DNA from: an uncultured virus (IMG/VR IMGVR_UViG_2721755149_000018)
Lineage: Duplodnaviria; Heunggongvirae; Uroviricota; Caudoviricetes
Direction: 5' to 3' (one strand)
Length of the DNA stretch: 64,000 bases
Virus record (IMG/VR): IMGVR_UViG_2721755149_000018
Made by a program: the position numbers and the translations under genes. Below, one piece after another: positions 60,852 to 64,000 of this stretch. The notes under the pieces were generated by a model. That model saw only the letters and a program-made list of their open reading frames with translations, was not told where the DNA came from and ran no database searches. The first letter of the stretch is position 1. Each line of letters starts with the position of its first letter.

Positions 60852-61397
60852 CTAGGCAGCTTTGTCTTGGTTCTGCGTCTTGATGTTCTTGTCCCGACGC
60901 TTTTCGTACCGGATTCGCTGGCACGTCTTGCATGAGCGACCGTACGTGTACTTGCGCCAGTAAGTGTTTTCGGGCGTGTACTCATGCCCCTGCGCGCAGT
61001 GGGTCTTGTTCATCCAATAGTTTGTGCCGTGGGTGGCCTTGTCTTGCATGTTGGCGCTTGGCGTGTCCCACCGCAGGTTCTCAAGACGGTTGTCCTGGTT
61101 GTCTCCGTTGTTGTGGCAACCAACCATTCCGTCCGGGCGCGGGCCGACAAACGACTCAAGTACGCACAGGTGAACCTTCCGCATCTCATGCCCACCCTTT
61201 CCGTCGCGCACGCGGAAGAACAGGTATCCCAGACCGTCAGGGGACGGGGACATGATCTTTTCCTTCCAGTTCTGCACCACGCCATCTTTTCGGACGGTCA
61301 CACGAGCAAGGCCCTTGACGCGGCCCAGGTTGGATACCGCGTAGCGGTCCTCGTAGCCCAGAATGGGCTTCCAAACCTCAATGGTAGAATGGTCCAT
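60852..61397 (-). CDS. NUMOD4-HNH homing endonuclease
   Basis: EVWKPI.GYE..Y.VSNLGRVK; VH..V...F.G; HNNG...DNRLENL. Confidence 0.92.
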   Translation of the reverse strand: MDHSTIEVWKPILGYEDRYAVSNLGRVKGLARVTVRKDGVVQNWKEKIMSPSPDGLGYLFFRVRDGKGGHEMRKVHLCVLESFVGPRPDGMVGCHNNGDNQDNRLENLRWDTPSANMQDKATHGTNYWMNKTHCAQGHEYTPENTYWRKYTYGRSCKTCQRIRYEKRRDKNIKTQNQDKAA

Positions 61398-61505
61398 GTT
61401 GGGACTCCTGTATCTAGTTCCGACCGTAGCCCCGGGCCGTTCCAGCGGTCGCGGGGTTTTCTAATGGGAAAGTATATACCATCAACGTGTACGGGAGACT
61501 GCACT

Positions 61506-61934
61506 GTGAGCATCGAGACGTACGAAAAGTGCAACATGGAAGATCCCCAGGAGCACTTCCTTTGGGCGCTTGGTCTCATCCCTGGCATTGGGGCGTCGCC
61601 GTTGATGTTCCCGAAGAATTATGCGTCTGCGATCTCGAAGCACCTCTACGAGCTTGGTTTCCGGCATCATCCCGAGTTGCAGGAGAAGAAGTTCCGGAAG
61701 CCGTATCGGGGTGTGCAAAGCCGGTTCAACCCTGCCGGTAATTGGGTTCCGGTTGATGATCCGGACCCGGAGCCGGTTGTGTTGCCGAATGTTGGCGCCT
61801 ACACGACGCAGGAGAATGAGGCGATTTTGGCGCAGTATGCGGCGTCTGGTGCGCTTGATGCGAAGGTGCAGGAGTTGGCGCAGGCGGAGATTGATCGTTT
61901 CAAGGCGTACGTGGTGGGGGAGAACGATTCCTGA
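61506..61934 (+). CDS. minor tail protein DUF2744 (L5 gp29-like)
   Basis: GGGAG RBS, GTG; DPQEHFLWAL; SKHLYELGFRH; NPAG.WV. Confidence 0.85.
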   Translation: MSIETYEKCNMEDPQEHFLWALGLIPGIGASPLMFPKNYASAISKHLYELGFRHHPELQEKKFRKPYRGVQSRFNPAGNWVPVDDPDPEPVVLPNVGAYTTQENEAILAQYAASGALDAKVQELAQAEIDRFKAYVVGENDS

Positions 61935-62452
61935 TGGCATCCAAGTTCTGGCCCATGAAGCGTGGTCACGTCGTCACCTCCGGTTTCGGCGCCAGGTGGG
62001 GGACAACCCACTGGGGCGCGGATTTCGGGTGGGATGGTGGCTCTGGTGGCCTGCCTGTGTTCGCTGTGCAGGGCGGCACGGTCGTGATGGTTGGTCCCGC
62101 GTCCGGTTTCGGTAGCTGGGTTGTTGTGGATCATCCGACCGGGGATGGTGGCGGCACCACCGTGTATGGGCACATCATTCCTGAGGTTCGCCAGGGGCAG
62201 CGGGTGGAGGCTGGGCAGCGTATCGCCCGGATCAACCCGGATTCGAACACGAATGGTGGGGTTGCTCCGCATCTGCACTTGGAGTGGCACCGCTACACGT
62301 GGGCGCAGCCGGGCTCGAACCGTCTTGACCCGGTTCCAATGCTTGCTGGCGCCGCGTATCCGGATGAGGCACCCGAGCCGGCGCCCACTGCGAGTCCTCT
62401 GGTGGATCGTTGGCGGCTGATTCTGGAACAACTGATTGGACCGTTGCGATGA
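61934..62452 (+). CDS. lysin A, M23 peptidase gene
   Basis: HWGAD, YGH, PHLHLE. Confidence 0.9.
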   Translation: MASKFWPMKRGHVVTSGFGARWGTTHWGADFGWDGGSGGLPVFAVQGGTVVMVGPASGFGSWVVVDHPTGDGGGTTVYGHIIPEVRQGQRVEAGQRIARINPDSNTNGGVAPHLHLEWHRYTWAQPGSNRLDPVPMLAGAAYPDEAPEPAPTASPLVDRWRLILEQLIGPLR

Positions 62453-63420
62453 CCCTCTACGGAATCGATGTTTCGAACCATCAGGGCAACTTTGATTTTG
62501 GTGCGGCGAAACGCGAAGGCTTTTCCTTTTGCTCCCACAAGGTTACTGAGGGTGACGGCTACCGTGACCCGTACTGGCCGCGTGCGCGCGAGGAGATGCG
62601 CCAGCACTTCACCGGCCTGTTCGCTGGCTACCATTTTGCCCGCAACAACGTCGATGTGAATCGTCAGGCTGATGCGCTGTTGGCGCACCTTGGCGACACG
62701 TCGATTCCGATTCAGTTGGACTACGAGGACACCAGCACTCGCGGTTCGATTGAGAACATGCGCGCCCTGATCGCTGCGATTGAAGCCCGTGGGATGCGGG
62801 TGTTCGCGAACTATCTTCCACGCTGGTACTGGACTGGGCACATGGGTGCGCCGCGCTTGGATGGCACACCTGTTCTGTGGAACTCGCACTACGTCAATGG
62901 AACCGGGTATGCGTCTGCACTGTATCCGGGTGATGGTCATGCGGGTTGGGAGTCGTTCCATGCTGGCGCCCCGGAGGTGAAGATCCTTCAGTTCTCGGAG
63001 CGTGGTTTGGTGGCTGGTCAGTCGATCGATGTGAATGCGTTCCGTGGCAGTGAAATCGAGTTGCGCGCCCTGTTCGGTGGTGCGCCTATCGGAGGGGGAG
63101 TTGTGGCTGATGTTCCGACGTTGATTCAGGATCAGTTGGCTGGGCCGGGCGGTCAGGGCTGGGAGCTTCTGGGTCGCAGTAAGGTTGATCCGGCGCGTTT
63201 CAACACTCTTGTTGAGGCGGTTGCTGAGGTTCGTTCGGCGCTTGTAGAGCCGCGTCCGTCGTTTGTGGATGGTTCCACGGTGAAGTTGGATGTTCCGACG
63301 TTTGTGCAGTGCACGGATGCGGCGACGTTCCGTGCGGAGCGTGAGGTTGTTGCTCTGCGGGCTGAGGTTAAGGCGCTCACCGATGTTGTGAAGACTCTCG
63401 TCGAGAAGGTGGGTAAGTAA
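62449..63420 (+). CDS. lysin A, GH25 muramidase gene
   Basis: GIDVSNHQG, KVTEG, YHF, LDYE, QFS, DVN. Confidence 0.9.
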   Translation: MTLYGIDVSNHQGNFDFGAAKREGFSFCSHKVTEGDGYRDPYWPRAREEMRQHFTGLFAGYHFARNNVDVNRQADALLAHLGDTSIPIQLDYEDTSTRGSIENMRALIAAIEARGMRVFANYLPRWYWTGHMGAPRLDGTPVLWNSHYVNGTGYASALYPGDGHAGWESFHAGAPEVKILQFSERGLVAGQSIDVNAFRGSEIELRALFGGAPIGGGVVADVPTLIQDQLAGPGGQGWELLGRSKVDPARFNTLVEAVAEVRSALVEPRPSFVDGSTVKLDVPTFVQCTDAATFRAEREVVALRAEVKALTDVVKTLVEKVGK

Positions 63421-63764
63421 TGTTCATTAAGAATCCGGCAGCCCGTAAGGCTGTGTATGCGGTGCTGGCTGCGCTTGGTGCCGGCGCTGTGGCGTATGGG
63501 CTGATTGATCAGTCAACGGCGTCGATGCTGGTTGCTGCTGTTGGTTCACTGCTGGTGGGCCAGTCCGCGCTGGCTGGCGGCAACATCACTCCGCGGGTGC
63601 CTGTTGAGGATGTGCGGGAGCAGGTGCAGTCTGCGGTGCAGGATGCTGTTGGTCCGGTTGTGTCGCAGGTTCCGAATGTTGTTGGCGATGTGGTTGCTCA
63701 GGCGCAGGCGGGTGTGGATGCTGCTCGTGCCGAGCTGGAGCGCCGCATCGGCATTGGGCGGTAA
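63420..63764 (+). CDS. holin
   Basis: R...Y two-TM N-terminus, directly after lysin. Confidence 0.8.
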   Translation: MFIKNPAARKAVYAVLAALGAGAVAYGLIDQSTASMLVAAVGSLLVGQSALAGGNITPRVPVEDVREQVQSAVQDAVGPVVSQVPNVVGDVVAQAQAGVDAARAELERRIGIGR

Positions 63765-64000
63765 GCCGTGGGTGACATCACCATTCCGGNNNNNNNNNNN
63801 NAGTTTGGGTCGGCGAATGCTGTCACCCTCACCCCGTTCTTCCGCTGGTGGTCGGAGCGTGACGCCCGCAAAATCATGCGGCAAGCCGAAATCGAAGCCG
63901 CAGCCCTAATCCTCAACGATCAGCGTGTCGTGGCCCTCACCAATCAAGTGATGGGCCTGGTGAAACAAGTTCAGGAACTCACTTCCGAACTGTCCACAGC

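Noticed and set aside
61934..63420. Split lysin A as a novelty
   Set aside because: Two-gene lysin A is already described in Gordonia and related actinophages

Overview
About 64 kb of a GC-rich tailed actinobacteriophage (siphovirus) genome. The split M23 + GH25 lysin A, L5-type minor tail proteins and WhiB genes point to a Mycobacteriales host such as Rhodococcus, Gordonia or Nocardia (inference). Nearly all genes are on the + strand. 1-32 kb: replication and accessory region (primase-helicase, frameshifted ssb, two WhiB-like genes, RusA, DnaN clamp, ParB-like, MazG-like, phosphoesterase, ThyX, RepA-like initiator with internal iterons, many small ORFs). 32-39.5 kb: structured non-coding RNA/tRNA cluster, NrdH, DNA methylase and a secreted cutinase-like protein. 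39.5-64 kb: packaging, head, tail and lysis genes with two HNH insertions. The most unusual signals are: (i) an apparently co-transcribed array of tRNA-sized folded RNA modules around a tRNA-Trp, including a tRNA-like RNA with 47 nt in place of the 7-nt anticodon loop; (ii) a dispersed set of sigma-A-type promoters overlapped by a 12-bp GTGTAnnYACAC operator, with a short RHH protein as candidate repressor; (iii) a PHA-depolymerase-like hydrolase; (iv) an orphan Phd/YefM-like antitoxin. Several N gaps obscure parts of genes. All family calls come from motif recognition by eye and all RNA folds are manual; no database search or folding program was run.
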